This document shows, piece after piece, positions 30,024-39,565 of a stretch of DNA of 64,000 bases. This stretch comes from an uncultured Desulfatitalea sp. (GTDB taxonomy: Bacteria; Desulfobacterota; Desulfobacteria; Desulfobacterales; Desulfosarcinaceae): positions 128,001 to 192,000 of the forward strand of contig CAXXMB010000001.1 in assembly GCA_963668675.2 (NCBI GenBank). Direction: 5' to 3'. Both the position numbers and the translations under genes were made by a program. The notes under the pieces are model-generated. The model was given only the letters and a program-made list of their open reading frames with translations. It was not told the DNA's origin and made no database searches. Every line of letters starts with the position of its first letter. The first letter of the stretch is position 1.

Positions 30024-30052
30024 ATAGACGCACCACATCTTCATCTCTTGCA
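30024..30052 (-). promoter_or_regulatory. Putative ECF promoter of the lipoprotein-sigma operon
   Basis: Minus strand TGCAAG-N16-CGTCTAT. Confidence 0.6.
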
Positions 30053-30173
30053 CGACACGCTGTGTTGAGGATGCGAACCTTGTGATTCCGCCAAGCGTAG
30101 CAGATTATCCGACGATCGTACAGGCAGGGGCGCAGCGGAGGGCAAAGGACTAGTTGGTTACAATTGTTCGACA

Positions 30174-30213
30174 TAAAAAAAGGCTGATTCAGCCGGGTCG
30201 GCCGAGTCAGCCT
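30174..30213 (-). terminator. Intrinsic terminator after the small Zn-ribbon gene
   Basis: AGGCTGACTCGGCCG...CGGCTGAATCAGCCT stem followed by T run on minus strand. Confidence 0.7.
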
Positions 30214-30237
30214 TGGGATACTCTTTGTGGATGGTCA

Positions 30238-30414
30238 CTACCTTGCAAAAGACCAGGGATCGAATGTGTCTTTTCCTTCGCGCCGCTCCAGGCTCGGATC
30301 GATCACGGTGTTAAAGGCCGAACGGGCGCTGTGCTCGTCACAACCATTGGGACAGACCAATTTGCCATCCCTTTTTTTGAAAAGAATTTTTTTGCATACA
30401 GGGCAATTTTTCAT
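30238..30414 (-). CDS. 58-aa zinc-ribbon microprotein
   Basis: Manual translation MKNCPVCKKILFKKRDGKLVCPNGCDEHSARSAFNTVIDPSLERREGKDTFDPWSFAR; GAGGTG RBS; own terminator. Confidence 0.7.
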   Translation of the reverse strand: MKNCPVCKKILFKKRDGKLVCPNGCDEHSARSAFNTVIDPSLERREGKDTFDPWSFAR

Positions 30415-30526
30415 GATATCACCTCAATTCCGCTATCTGCAGCTCACCGGCGCCTCTATGCTCAGCATCGGCAACCTTTGGAAGTCCGCATGAGATTGTA
30501 CTGTGTTGCAACACGCTGCTAAATAC

Positions 30527-30681
30527 GATTACCCCCTAAAAAGCCGCTCATTCGTTATGCCGGACCTGCTCCGGCATCCGGAAGCCATTGAAAAGACTGG
30601 ATAGCGCTAAATCTTCAATGCGTGCCCGGCTTTAGCCGGAAGGACGGAAAAAGCACTTTTGGGACTTTTTACGGGCGCATC
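30527..30681. mobile_element. Degenerate MITE carrying the family B core between different terminal repeats
   Basis: Ends GATTACCCCCTAAAAAG / CTTTTTACGGGCGCATC; inner CTGGATAGCGCTAAATCTTCAATGCGTGCCCGGC resembles the reverse complement of the family B core. Confidence 0.6.
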
Positions 30682-31138
30682 CGTTATAAGCCAGCAAAAT
30701 TTGAGCCACAACTATATGTGTAATTGTATCGGATAGTTATATTATATAGAAGGATGAAATAGGAAGAAAAGGAGCTATTTCTTCGGTTGTTTGGGTTAGA
30801 GGTGGGAAGCCAATCACACAAAGATGCGACATCATTTGTCTGTTATTTCAGACCACCCTCAGACGTTTTCATCGAACAAGTTTGATGTAAGCATAGTCGC
30901 CGAAACGCAGCCCCAGTCTGCCCTGCTCGATATAGACCCGCGCTGTGTCGTTGCCTGTTTCGTCGTCACGGTCATCGTTGGCGATGTAGCCGCCATCGGG
31001 AAACCGGGTCGAGGGCATCAAAATTTGCGATTCGCCCTCGGTGACGGTGATCTCGGCCGGTGCGAACGGTGAGGCCGCCTGGGCCGGAGTGGTGTAACAT
31101 AGAATCAAAAATGGTGTGGATCCGTTTGCAGGGTACCG

Positions 31139-31396
31139 TCACATGTTTCGTTCCTCCAACTGAATCAACAGCTTTTCAAGATCTTTAGAGAGGGGCATGC
31201 ACCACGGAACGCGCTGCAGCCAGAAGTGGTGCAGTTGGGCGATGCAGCGTTTGGTAGAGGGCCGGTTTCCCGCTTCAATCTCGGTAAGCAGATGCGCCAG
31301 GTAGCCGTGTGCCTGGGATTCGACGCTCTGTCCGTCCAAGGATATCGATTCGGTGCGGTCGATGAGAGCGCGGATGGTTTCGATCACTTCGTCCAT
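31139..31396 (-). CDS. Hypothetical protein (85 aa)
   Basis: GAGGAG RBS, co-directional immediately after CoA transferase. Confidence 0.55.
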   Translation of the reverse strand: MDEVIETIRALIDRTESISLDGQSVESQAHGYLAHLLTEIEAGNRPSTKRCIAQLHHFWLQRVPWCMPLSKDLEKLLIQLEERNM

Positions 31397-31412
31397 GGCT
31401 CCTCATAGCCGA

Positions 31413-33413
31413 TTAGTCCGCTTTTCGCAATGCACGGTGCGCCTCCTGCCGGCTTTCATAGATGTGGGGCGCCACGCCCCGATCTTTCAAAGCGCCACCG
31501 ATTTTCATGCGCAGGAACGCGCTGGTGGTGTAGCGGGTGACGTCGGAGTAGAAGCGCTCCACGACCCGTTTGACCATCTCCGAGTAGTGCTCGACCAGTT
31601 CGGGTGAGATGTCGAAGTTGTCGTAGTTGACGATGGTGTGGACCTTGCGTCCCAACGGTGCGACGATCTCCGTGACGGCGGTTTCGATCTCCGCGATGGT
31701 CTCTACGGAGCGGACGGCCAGGCCCTCGAAGTTGACGAAGAAGATGTTCTCTTCAGGATCGTAGGCCAGACGCTGGCGCAGCGGGATGGTCATCAGGTGC
31801 TGCCTCAGCTCCATGGGCTCGGGCTTGAAAATGCGAATATCCATCAGGGCCGGTGGTTGACGGATCACCGGCTGAAACGCCATCTGCTCCAGGATGTGGT
31901 GTTTGAGGTCGATGCCCGGCGCAATTTCCACCAACTCCATGCCCCTTGCCGTCAGAGCGAAGACGCAGCGTTCGGTAACGTATAGAACCGGCTGCTTCTT
32001 GCGGACCGCATACTCGCCGCTGAAGGTGACATGTTCCACCTCTTCGACGAATTTTTGGAGTTTGCCCTCATGGACGATCTCCAGTTCTCCGTTTTCCACG
32101 CGAACCATCAGCCCCCCGGCCGTGAAGGTGCCCACAAAAACGACCTTTTGGGCGTTCTGGCTGATGTTGATGAATCCCCCGGCCCCGGCCAGTTTGGGGC
32201 CGAATTTGCTGACGTTCAGATTGCCGTGGCGATCGGCCTGGGCCGACCCCAGAAAGGCGATGTCCAGGCCGCCGCCGTCGTAAAAATCGAACTGGGAGGG
32301 CTGGTCGATCAGGGCCTCAGTGTTGGTGGCGGCGCCGAAATTCAAGCCACCGGCCGGCAGACCGCCGATCACTCCCGGTTCGGCGGTCAGGGTGATCAGG
32401 TCCAGCATCTTCTCTTCGTTGGCCACATTCGAAATGCCTTCGGGCATGCCGATGCCGAGGTTGACCACGCTGTTGGGCTTGAGCTCGAAGGCGGCGCGCC
32501 GGGCGATGATTTTACGTTCGCTTATCTCCAGGGGCGCGATGGATTGAACCGGGACTTTGATCTCGGAGCTGAATGCGGGGTTGTAGCGGGTGCCAAAGGT
32601 CTGCCAGTGATTGTCGGGCTCGGCGACCACGACGCAATCGACGAAGATACCCGGAATTTTTACATCGCGGGCATTGAGGGTGCCGCGGTCGGCAATGCGT
32701 TCCACCTGAACGATCACAAAACCTTTGGTGTTGCGCACGGCCGTGGCAATGGCGAGCGATTCCAGGGTCAGCGCCTCCTTCTCCATGGTGATGTTGCCGT
32801 CGGTGTCGGCGGTGGTGCCGCGCAGGATGGCCACGTGGATGGGGAAGGTCTTGTAGGCCAGATACTCCTGGTCGTCGATTTTGACCAGCTCGACCATCTC
32901 CTCCTTGGTGATCTCATTGATTTTTCCGCCGCCGTTGCGCGGGTCCACAAAGGTTCCCAAACCGACCGACGTGATGGTGCGCGGTTTGTGAGCAGCGATG
33001 TCGCGGTACATATGGGAGATGACTCCCTGGGGCAGATTGTAGGCTTCGATCTGGTTGTCGAAGGCCAGTTTCTGGAGTTTGGGGACCAGGCCCCAGTGGC
33101 CGCCCACCACCCGTTTGATCAGCCCCGGGTGCCCGAGATGATTCAAGCCGCGATCGAAGCCGTCCCCCTGGCCGGCCGCGTAGACCAGTGTCAAGTCCCT
33201 GGGCTGCCGTGTTTTCAGGTAGTACTGCTCAAGGGCGATGGCAATATCTTCCGCGAAGCCGGTGCCCACAAAACCGCCGGTGGCCACCGTGTCTCCGTTG
33301 CGGATGATGCGCACCGCCTCTTCGGCTGATACGACCTTTCCCTTTTTGGCACGTTGAGGTGGCAGTGAAGACAACACCGGATGTCCGGTGGCGGGACGCT
33401 GTTCGCCGGTCAT
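31413..33413 (-). CDS. Acyl-CoA:acetate/3-ketoacid CoA transferase (YdiF/Pct type) with C-terminal extension
   Basis: [26 protein letters not shown], catalytic [29 protein letters not shown]. Confidence 0.9.
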   Translation of the reverse strand: MTGEQRPATGHPVLSSLPPQRAKKGKVVSAEEAVRIIRNGDTVATGGFVGTGFAEDIAIALEQYYLKTRQPRDLTLVYAAGQGDGFDRGLNHLGHPGLIKRVVGGHWGLVPKLQKLAFDNQIEAYNLPQGVISHMYRDIAAHKPRTITSVGLGTFVDPRNGGGKINEITKEEMVELVKIDDQEYLAYKTFPIHVAILRGTTADTDGNITMEKEALTLESLAIATAVRNTKGFVIVQVERIADRGTLNARDVKIPGIFVDCVVVAEPDNHWQTFGTRYNPAFSSEIKVPVQSIAPLEISERKIIARRAAFELKPNSVVNLGIGMPEGISNVANEEKMLDLITLTAEPGVIGGLPAGGLNFGAATNTEALIDQPSQFDFYDGGGLDIAFLGSAQADRHGNLNVSKFGPKLAGAGGFINISQNAQKVVFVGTFTAGGLMVRVENGELEIVHEGKLQKFVEEVEHVTFSGEYAVRKKQPVLYVTERCVFALTARGMELVEIAPGIDLKHHILEQMAFQPVIRQPPALMDIRIFKPEPMELRQHLMTIPLRQRLAYDPEENIFFVNFEGLAVRSVETIAEIETAVTEIVAPLGRKVHTIVNYDNFDISPELVEHYSEMVKRVVERFYSDVTRYTTSAFLRMKIGGALKDRGVAPHIYESRQEAHRALRKAD

Positions 33414-33482
33414 AAACGGCCTCCTTGGTTTTTATGGCGAAAGGGCGGATTCGAACGTGAAATGCTTTCTGTAAACAAAGAA

Positions 33483-33498
33483 AGCAAGAACAGTGCCC
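33483..33498 (-). promoter_or_regulatory. Sigma54 promoter of CoA transferase
   Basis: Minus strand GGGCAC-TGTTC-TTGCT (GG-N10-GC). Confidence 0.65.
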
Positions 33499-33639
33499 AT
33501 GTCCTGGTTTGAAAGGGCGCATATGGACGATGCGAGCCATACACATCCGAACCTATTAGCGACGCCGGTACGAGGGCGGAGTGGTTGCGGTGCTTCCAAT
33601 CAATGGTGAGTTTGAAACGCTGTTCTGAACAAGGCCCTG

Positions 33640-33657
33640 TGTAGCTCTCATGATACA
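33640..33657. promoter_or_regulatory. Candidate upstream activator site
   Basis: TGTAGC-N6-GATACA about 140 bp from the sigma54 promoter; similar site at 35177. Confidence 0.5.
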
Positions 33658-33669
33658 GTCGGGTGCGAT

Positions 33670-35148
33670 TTAATCGGGTTTGGGTGACAGGTCGTACTTC
33701 TTCATCTTTTTGTAGAGCAGGGTCCGGTGAATGCCGAGCTTGCGGGCGGCCTGGCTTTTATTGTAGCCGCTCGCCTTGAGGGCATAGACAATTGCCTCCT
33801 TTTCGGCCTTGTGCTGAACGTCCCGAATGGAAGCCGGCTTTTCGGCCAGGGATTGGGGCCCTTTGCGGTGGATATGGAAGGGCAGGTCGGTCAAGCGGAT
33901 CGTCTCCCCCTCCATGGCGGCCAGGGAGCGCTCCAGTGCGTTGGAGAGCTCTCTTACATTGCCGGGCCAATGATAATTGATCAATGCCCGTCGTGTCTCC
34001 GCATCGATGGCCGGCATGGGCAAGTTGGCCTCCCGGGACAACTGATCGAGCAGATGACCGCTCAATTCCATTATGTCTTCCCGGCGATCCCTTATTGGCG
34101 GAATGTGCAGGCGGATCACGTTGAGCCGGTAAAAGAGATCCTTTCGAAAGCCGCCCTGTTCGAGCATCTCTTCAAGTGGCTGGTTGGTGGCCGCAATCAA
34201 TCGAAAATCGGAGTGGATGACGTGGTTGCCCCCCACCCGTTCGAAGGACTTGTCCTCTATCACCCGCAGTAGTTTGGGCTGCATCTCCATGGGCAAATCC
34301 CCGATCTCGTCCAGAAGAATGGTTCCCCGGTGGGCCAGTTCGAACTTACCCGGCTTACCCCCCGGGTGGGCGCCGGTGAAAGCGCCCTTTTCATAGCCGA
34401 AGAGCTCGGACTCGAGCAGATCCTTGGGGTTGGCGGCGCAGTTGATCCTGACAAAGGGATAGAGTTTGCGGTCGCTCGCCTGATGGATGGCCTGGGCAAA
34501 CAGTTCCTTGCCGGTGCCGCTTTCACCTGATATCAACACCGGCGATCGGCCGGTGGCAGCCCTCAGCGCTTCTCGTTTCAGGCCGGCGATCGCATCACTT
34601 TTCCCGATAATGCTGTCCAGGGTATAGCGGGTAGCCCGAAGGCTGAGCAGTTCCTCCTCATAGTGCTGGACCATGGATTCAAGTAGCGTGAACTCCTTTG
34701 CCAGCTTGTGTACATCCCGCACATCCTTGAACATCACCTGCCCGAAGACGGCGATCACCTCGCCGTCTTTATGGATGGGAATACGTTGGACCACCATGTT
34801 CTGTCCATTGACCTCATGGGTGCTGTTGATCTCGGGCTTTCCGGTTTGGGCGACGATGTGCATGCGGGTGTTTTCCAGCACCTCGGTACAGTGGCGTCCG
34901 ATCTGGTCCTCAGGATCGATGCCAAGGAAGCGGCCATAGGGGCGATTAAAATGGGTTACGTATCCCAATGCATCTGTGACGATGGCGCCGTTGTGTATGC
35001 TGTTGAAGATCAGTTCGTACAGTTCCAGCTGCCGGTTGAGTTGCTCTACCATCGAGGCATCGGTTGGGATGGTTTCGGGACGCTCCTTTGCGCGCCCCTC
35101 CTGGGTTTGATCCCCTTCTAGCGGTTTGGCTGATGATCTTTTTTTCAT
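33670..35148 (-). CDS. PAS-domain sigma54-dependent transcriptional activator
   Basis: PAS, GESGTGKELFA, GAFTGA, WPGNVREL, Fis HTH. Confidence 0.93.
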   Translation of the reverse strand: MKKRSSAKPLEGDQTQEGRAKERPETIPTDASMVEQLNRQLELYELIFNSIHNGAIVTDALGYVTHFNRPYGRFLGIDPEDQIGRHCTEVLENTRMHIVAQTGKPEINSTHEVNGQNMVVQRIPIHKDGEVIAVFGQVMFKDVRDVHKLAKEFTLLESMVQHYEEELLSLRATRYTLDSIIGKSDAIAGLKREALRAATGRSPVLISGESGTGKELFAQAIHQASDRKLYPFVRINCAANPKDLLESELFGYEKGAFTGAHPGGKPGKFELAHRGTILLDEIGDLPMEMQPKLLRVIEDKSFERVGGNHVIHSDFRLIAATNQPLEEMLEQGGFRKDLFYRLNVIRLHIPPIRDRREDIMELSGHLLDQLSREANLPMPAIDAETRRALINYHWPGNVRELSNALERSLAAMEGETIRLTDLPFHIHRKGPQSLAEKPASIRDVQHKAEKEAIVYALKASGYNKSQAARKLGIHRTLLYKKMKKYDLSPKPD

Positions 35149-35176
35149 GACGTCTCACCGTATCAAAGTTGGTACA

Positions 35177-35194
35177 TGTCGCTATTTTGCTACA
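35177..35194. promoter_or_regulatory. Candidate upstream activator site
   Basis: TGTCGC-N6-GCTACA, with a weaker CGTATC-N6-GGTACA adjacent at 35159-35176. Confidence 0.5.
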
Positions 35195-35326
35195 TACCTT
35201 AGCGCATGTTTTAGCGTCCGTCGATAGATAAATTTGAAAAATATGAATCTGAGTCAGAACCTAAACCCTTGTCATTCGAAGGCGTGCCGGCGGCCCTGAA
35301 AAAATAGGACACCTGTGCCAGGGCGA

Positions 35327-35342
35327 TGGCCTGAAGTTTGCT
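35327..35342 (+). promoter_or_regulatory. Sigma54 promoter of the SDR-TRAP operon
   Basis: TGGCCT-GAAGT-TTGCT (GG-N10-GC). Confidence 0.65.
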
Positions 35343-35430
35343 TTTGTTGCCTGATGAAGCGCATCCATAACGGCTTCAGAGCATCCGCGGGATTTCAACC
35401 GATTCATCATTTGATGCAACCAAAGAGGAT

Positions 35431-36276
35431 ATGACCATGGAGATCCGGGAACCCGATATTTCTTCAGAGGAGATTCTTATTCTGAAAGATGCCCAGTTCC
35501 ACTCTGGCAATGTATGTGTGGTGTCGGGGTGCGGCACCGGCATCGGCCGCGCCTGTGCAGTGGCGGCAGCGGCCAACCATCTCATGGTGGTGGGGTTGGA
35601 TGTCAACGAGGAGGAGGCCGAGCGGACGCAGCAACTGGCCAGGAAGATGGGCGGCCAGATGATTTTTCTACCCACCGATCTGACCCGCGACGGACAGATC
35701 AAATCTGCTGTGCAAGAGGCTGCCAGGCTGGGGGCGATCAAGTTCCTCCTCAATATCGCCGGGATTCAGCACATCGACGCCATCGAGAATTTTCCCATGA
35801 GAAAATATGACCTGATGCAGAGAATCATGTTGAGGGCGCCCTTTCTACTGTCGAAGCTGACCATCCCCCACATGCGCAACAGTTCTGACGGGTGCGGCGT
35901 CATTGGCAACATGGCTTCCGTGCATGCCCATATCTGCACCCGCAACAAGGCGGTATACAACATCGTCAAATTCGGTCTGCGTGCCCTTTCCCAGTCGATT
36001 TCTGCTGAGGGAGAGGGGAGGATTCGCTCTTTCACGGTCAGCACCGGATTTGTCAAAACGCCCCTGGCCCTGAACCAGGTTCCGGCCCAGGCCAAGCAGA
36101 GAGGCATTACGCCCGAGGATGTGGTTCGTGACGTCATGATGGGGGCGTCGCGGGTCAAAGAGATGATGACCCCCATGGAGGTGGCCAACCTGTTTATCTT
36201 CGGCATGTCTGGCCATGGGAAATACATGGTTGGAAGCGATCTGCTGTTCGATGGCGGTATGGTCAAGACCTACTGA
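35431..36276 (+). CDS. SDR oxidoreductase, 3-hydroxybutyrate dehydrogenase-like
   Basis: SGCGTGIG, NIAGIQH, ASVH, YNIVK, GFVKTPL. Confidence 0.8.
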   Translation: MTMEIREPDISSEEILILKDAQFHSGNVCVVSGCGTGIGRACAVAAAANHLMVVGLDVNEEEAERTQQLARKMGGQMIFLPTDLTRDGQIKSAVQEAARLGAIKFLLNIAGIQHIDAIENFPMRKYDLMQRIMLRAPFLLSKLTIPHMRNSSDGCGVIGNMASVHAHICTRNKAVYNIVKFGLRALSQSISAEGEGRIRSFTVSTGFVKTPLALNQVPAQAKQRGITPEDVVRDVMMGASRVKEMMTPMEVANLFIFGMSGHGKYMVGSDLLFDGGMVKTY

Positions 36277-36362
36277 AAGTGAAGGATATCCGTTCTGCCC
36301 GGGACGATCCCGGGCAGAAAGACATGCCAAACCACAAGGGAGAGGGTAAAAGGAGGTAAGAG

Positions 36363-37448
36363 ATGAGGCGATTTACTTGGGTCATGTTGACGGTATTTGC
36401 AGTGACGATCTGTTTTGGCGCCTTTGCGACCAGCGTATATGCCAAAGACAAGCCGGTGCTGCTTAAGGTGCCGATCTGTTTTGCGACATCGTTGCCCGGA
36501 CTTGGATCTACCATTAAGTGGATAGAAGACCGCATCAGCATTGCCAGCAACGGCAGCGTAAGAATGAAAGTGTACGAACCGGGGAAACTGGTGGCGCCCT
36601 TTGAAATACTGGGGGCGGTCTCCAATAAAAAGGTCAACGCCGGGTACAGTATATCGGGCTATTGGGAGGGAAAGATCCCGGGTTCGTCGATCTTCTCCAC
36701 GGTTCCCTTCGGTCCGGAGACCGGTGAGTTCCTGGCCTGGATGTACTACGGCAATGGGCTCAAACTCTATCAGAAGATGTATGATGATGCCGGCTTTAAT
36801 GTGCATGTTATCCCGTGCGGTATTATTGCACCGGAGACCTCCGGATGGTTTGACAAGCCGATCAACTCCCTCGACGACCTTAAAGGCCTGAAGATGCGCT
36901 TTTATGGCCTTGGCGGAAAGGCGCTGCAGAAGCTGGGCGTTTCGGTGAGCTTGATTCCGGGCGGGGAGATCTTCCCGGCACTGGAGAAGAAGGCCATCGA
37001 CGCCACCGAATTCTCCATGCCTGCCATCGATTCGCGGCTCGGTTTTTACAAGGTTGTCAAGAACAACTACTTTCCCGGCTGGCATCAGCAGGCCACCGTA
37101 TTCGAACTGCTGATCAACAAAGATGTCTGGAACGGTTTGAGCGAGAGTCAGAAGATGATTATCGAAATCATCTGCAAGGCAGCCACAGCCGACGCATTTG
37201 CCTACACAGAAGCGATTCAGGGCGCAGTGATTCGGGAGAACGTCGAGAAGCGCGGCGTCACGCTGCACTACTGGTCGGACGAAATGCTCAACAGCTTCCG
37301 CAAGGCATGGGAAGAGGTGGCTGCAGAGCTGAGTGCCGAATCCCCCATGTTCAAGGAGACTTGGGAGGACCTGAGCGCCTTTCGCAAGGATTATCGTTAC
37401 TGGCAGACCTATGGGTTCCTGCCGAGGCCCAAGGCGCCGACAAACTGA
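36363..37448 (+). CDS. dctP: TRAP transporter substrate-binding protein
   Basis: Signal peptide, GWFDKPINSLDDLKGLKMR, GGEIFPALEK, YFPGWHQ. Confidence 0.9.
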   Translation: MRRFTWVMLTVFAVTICFGAFATSVYAKDKPVLLKVPICFATSLPGLGSTIKWIEDRISIASNGSVRMKVYEPGKLVAPFEILGAVSNKKVNAGYSISGYWEGKIPGSSIFSTVPFGPETGEFLAWMYYGNGLKLYQKMYDDAGFNVHVIPCGIIAPETSGWFDKPINSLDDLKGLKMRFYGLGGKALQKLGVSVSLIPGGEIFPALEKKAIDATEFSMPAIDSRLGFYKVVKNNYFPGWHQQATVFELLINKDVWNGLSESQKMIIEIICKAATADAFAYTEAIQGAVIRENVEKRGVTLHYWSDEMLNSFRKAWEEVAAELSAESPMFKETWEDLSAFRKDYRYWQTYGFLPRPKAPTN

Positions 37449-37482
37449 AAGGTCGTTCGCAGCATCGATTTGCTATCTGTTC

Positions 37483-37573
37483 GGGCGGTGATACCCCCCG
37501 CCCCTGCGAGGCACTTCTGATAAGTGCATCTATTACACCTCAGTTGCCGTAGGGGCGGGCGTAATGCCCGCCC
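37483..37573. repeat. REP-like pair between dctP and dctQ
   Basis: GTAGGGGCGGGCGTAATGCCCGCCC at 37549 plus a degenerate oppositely oriented copy near 37483-37507. Confidence 0.55.
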
Positions 37574-37650
37574 GCAACCCTTTGTTTTAATGCATAGCAT
37601 TGACAAAACACTTCAATCTTCCCCGCCTATCGGGGTTCGGGAAAAGAGCG

Positions 37651-38190
37651 ATGACCGAAGAGAGAAAAGATCAAGAGGTGCCCAACCGCTTTTGCGATCT
37701 CCTTGACAAGGTGATCCTCTCCATTGGCCACGTTGTGATGTGGAGCAATGTGGCCCTTGTCGTTGTGATTATCCTGCAGGTGGTTCTGCGCTACGGCTTT
37801 GGCAAAGGCCTGGTGGTTTTGGAAGAGCTGCAGTGGCATCTCTACGCTATCGGTATCATGTTCGGAGCCTCCTATGCGCAAGTCCTCGACTCTCACATCC
37901 GTGTAGACATCATCCATTCGCACCTGTCGGATCGGTGGAAAATGCGCTGGGACCTGTTCGGAATTGTCTTCCTCCTGCTGCCTTTTGTGGTGGTCATTTT
38001 TCTTCAGAGCCTTGATTTCGTTGAAGAGTCATTTCGTCTTGGAGAAAGCTCAGATGCACCCCTGGGGCTTCCCTGGCGATGGGCCATCAAAGGCGTGATC
38101 CCGGTCTCTTTCGCGCTTTTGGCTGTCGCCACCATCTCGCGTGCAGTGCGCATCTTCACCAACCCGGGGAGGCCTCAGCATGGAATTTAA
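37651..38190 (+). CDS. dctQ: TRAP transporter small permease
   Basis: VVLRYGF, EELQWHLY, HIRVDII; four TM segments. Confidence 0.9.
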   Translation: MTEERKDQEVPNRFCDLLDKVILSIGHVVMWSNVALVVVIILQVVLRYGFGKGLVVLEELQWHLYAIGIMFGASYAQVLDSHIRVDIIHSHLSDRWKMRWDLFGIVFLLLPFVVVIFLQSLDFVEESFRLGESSDAPLGLPWRWAIKGVIPVSFALLAVATISRAVRIFTNPGRPQHGI

Positions 38191-39565
38191 TGACTATCTC
38201 GTCATCGCCATGTTCCTGACCTTTATCGGCCTGCTGTTTACCGGCTATCCGATTGCGTGGGTCCTGGGCGGGGTCGCGTGCCTTTTCACACTGGTGGGCT
38301 ACTGTTCCGATATGTGGTTCGGCACCATCACCGGGCTCGACTACCTCACTCTCGGCTTGGGGGTCAACCGCATTTACAAGTTTATGGACAATTGGGTTCT
38401 GGTGGCCCTTCCCATGTTTATCTTCATGGGGTTGATGCTCGACCGTTCAGGCATCGCCGAAGGCCTGATGAAGTCTATGCAGAACCTCTTCGGCAAGGTG
38501 CGGGGCGGGTTGGCCGTAACGGTGACCACGATCGGGATCATCCTGGCCGCTTCTACCGGAATTATCGGCGCCTCGGTGGTACTGTTGGGGCTGCTCTCCC
38601 TGCCGGCCATGATGAAGCAGGGGTACTCCAAGCAGTTGGCACTGGGCACCATTGCTAGCTCTGGCACACTGGGTATTTTAATTCCGCCCAGCATCATGCT
38701 GGTTATCATGGCAGATCAGTTGGGGCTCTCCGTGGGCGATCTCTTCATGGGAGCACTGCTACCGGGCGTTATTTTGGGCGCTTTGTATATTCTCTATATT
38801 TTGGCTTACTGCCTTGTCAAACCGGATTCGGCACCCCTTGATCCGGACCGCAGGCCGCTTGAGTTGCATATGATCTGGGACGTGCTGAAGCATATTTTTC
38901 CCCCAGCACTGCTGATTCTGGCCGTTCTGGGTTCGATCTTCGTCGGCATCACCACACCAACCGAAGCCAGCGGCGTCGGGGCGCTGGGGGCCACCATACT
39001 GGCGGCCGCCAACAAGAAGTTGAATTTCAGCGTCCTTGTCGATGTGACCAAGGCGTGTTTCAATACCACCGCCTATATCTTTGCCATCTTTCTGGGGGCA
39101 ACCTGCTTCGCCCTGGTCCTAAGGAGTCTGGGGGGCGACGAGTTTATCGAAAACATGCTCACCAATATCCCCTTCGGCCCATATGGTATCATGGCTGTGA
39201 TCCTCGGATGCATCTTCCTGCTCGGTTTTTTTCTGGACTGGATCGAAATTACCCTGATCGTCTTGCCGCTCATTGCGCCTGTGGTTTCAACACTGGGGTT
39301 TCACGTCGACGGGCACGGTGTCGTTGACAATCCGGAACTGGTATGGTTTGTCGTTCTCATTGCAGTGAGTCTGCAAACCTCCTTTCTCACTCCACCCGTG
39401 GGTTTTGCCCTCTTCTATCTCAAAGGAATCTGTCCGCCTGAAGTGCAACTGGTCGATATCTATAAAGGTGTTGTGCCGTTTATCATTCTCCAACTTATCG
39501 GTTTGATTATCGTCGCTCTTTTTCCGCAACTCGTCATTTGGCTGCCGGCGATAGCATACGGATAG
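38180..39565 (+). CDS. dctM: TRAP transporter large permease
   Basis: LPMFIFMG, GTLGILIPPS, TPTEA, SFLTPPVGFALFYLK; GGAGG RBS before ATG 38180. Confidence 0.92.
   Translation: MEFNDYLVIAMFLTFIGLLFTGYPIAWVLGGVACLFTLVGYCSDMWFGTITGLDYLTLGLGVNRIYKFMDNWVLVALPMFIFMGLMLDRSGIAEGLMKSMQNLFGKVRGGLAVTVTTIGIILAASTGIIGASVVLLGLLSLPAMMKQGYSKQLALGTIASSGTLGILIPPSIMLVIMADQLGLSVGDLFMGALLPGVILGALYILYILAYCLVKPDSAPLDPDRRPLELHMIWDVLKHIFPPALLILAVLGSIFVGITTPTEASGVGALGATILAAANKKLNFSVLVDVTKACFNTTAYIFAIFLGATCFALVLRSLGGDEFIENMLTNIPFGPYGIMAVILGCIFLLGFFLDWIEITLIVLPLIAPVVSTLGFHVDGHGVVDNPELVWFVVLIAVSLQTSFLTPPVGFALFYLKGICPPEVQLVDIYKGVVPFIILQLIGLIIVALFPQLVIWLPAIAYG

Noticed and set aside
24101..30052. CHAT plus sigma factor as part of a type III-E CRISPR (Craspase) locus
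   Set aside because: No cas genes and no repeat-spacer array seen anywhere in the window
30869..31108. 79-aa ORF downstream of the 85-aa hypothetical gene
   Set aside because: TTG start, no clear RBS and no recognisable motif; could be a remnant but cannot be supported
32031..33329. Long antisense ORFs such as 432 aa here, 4606-5751, 1500-2513, 36270-37268, 41242-42291 and 56099-57112
   Set aside because: Shadow frames opposite well-supported genes in GC-rich DNA; no motifs
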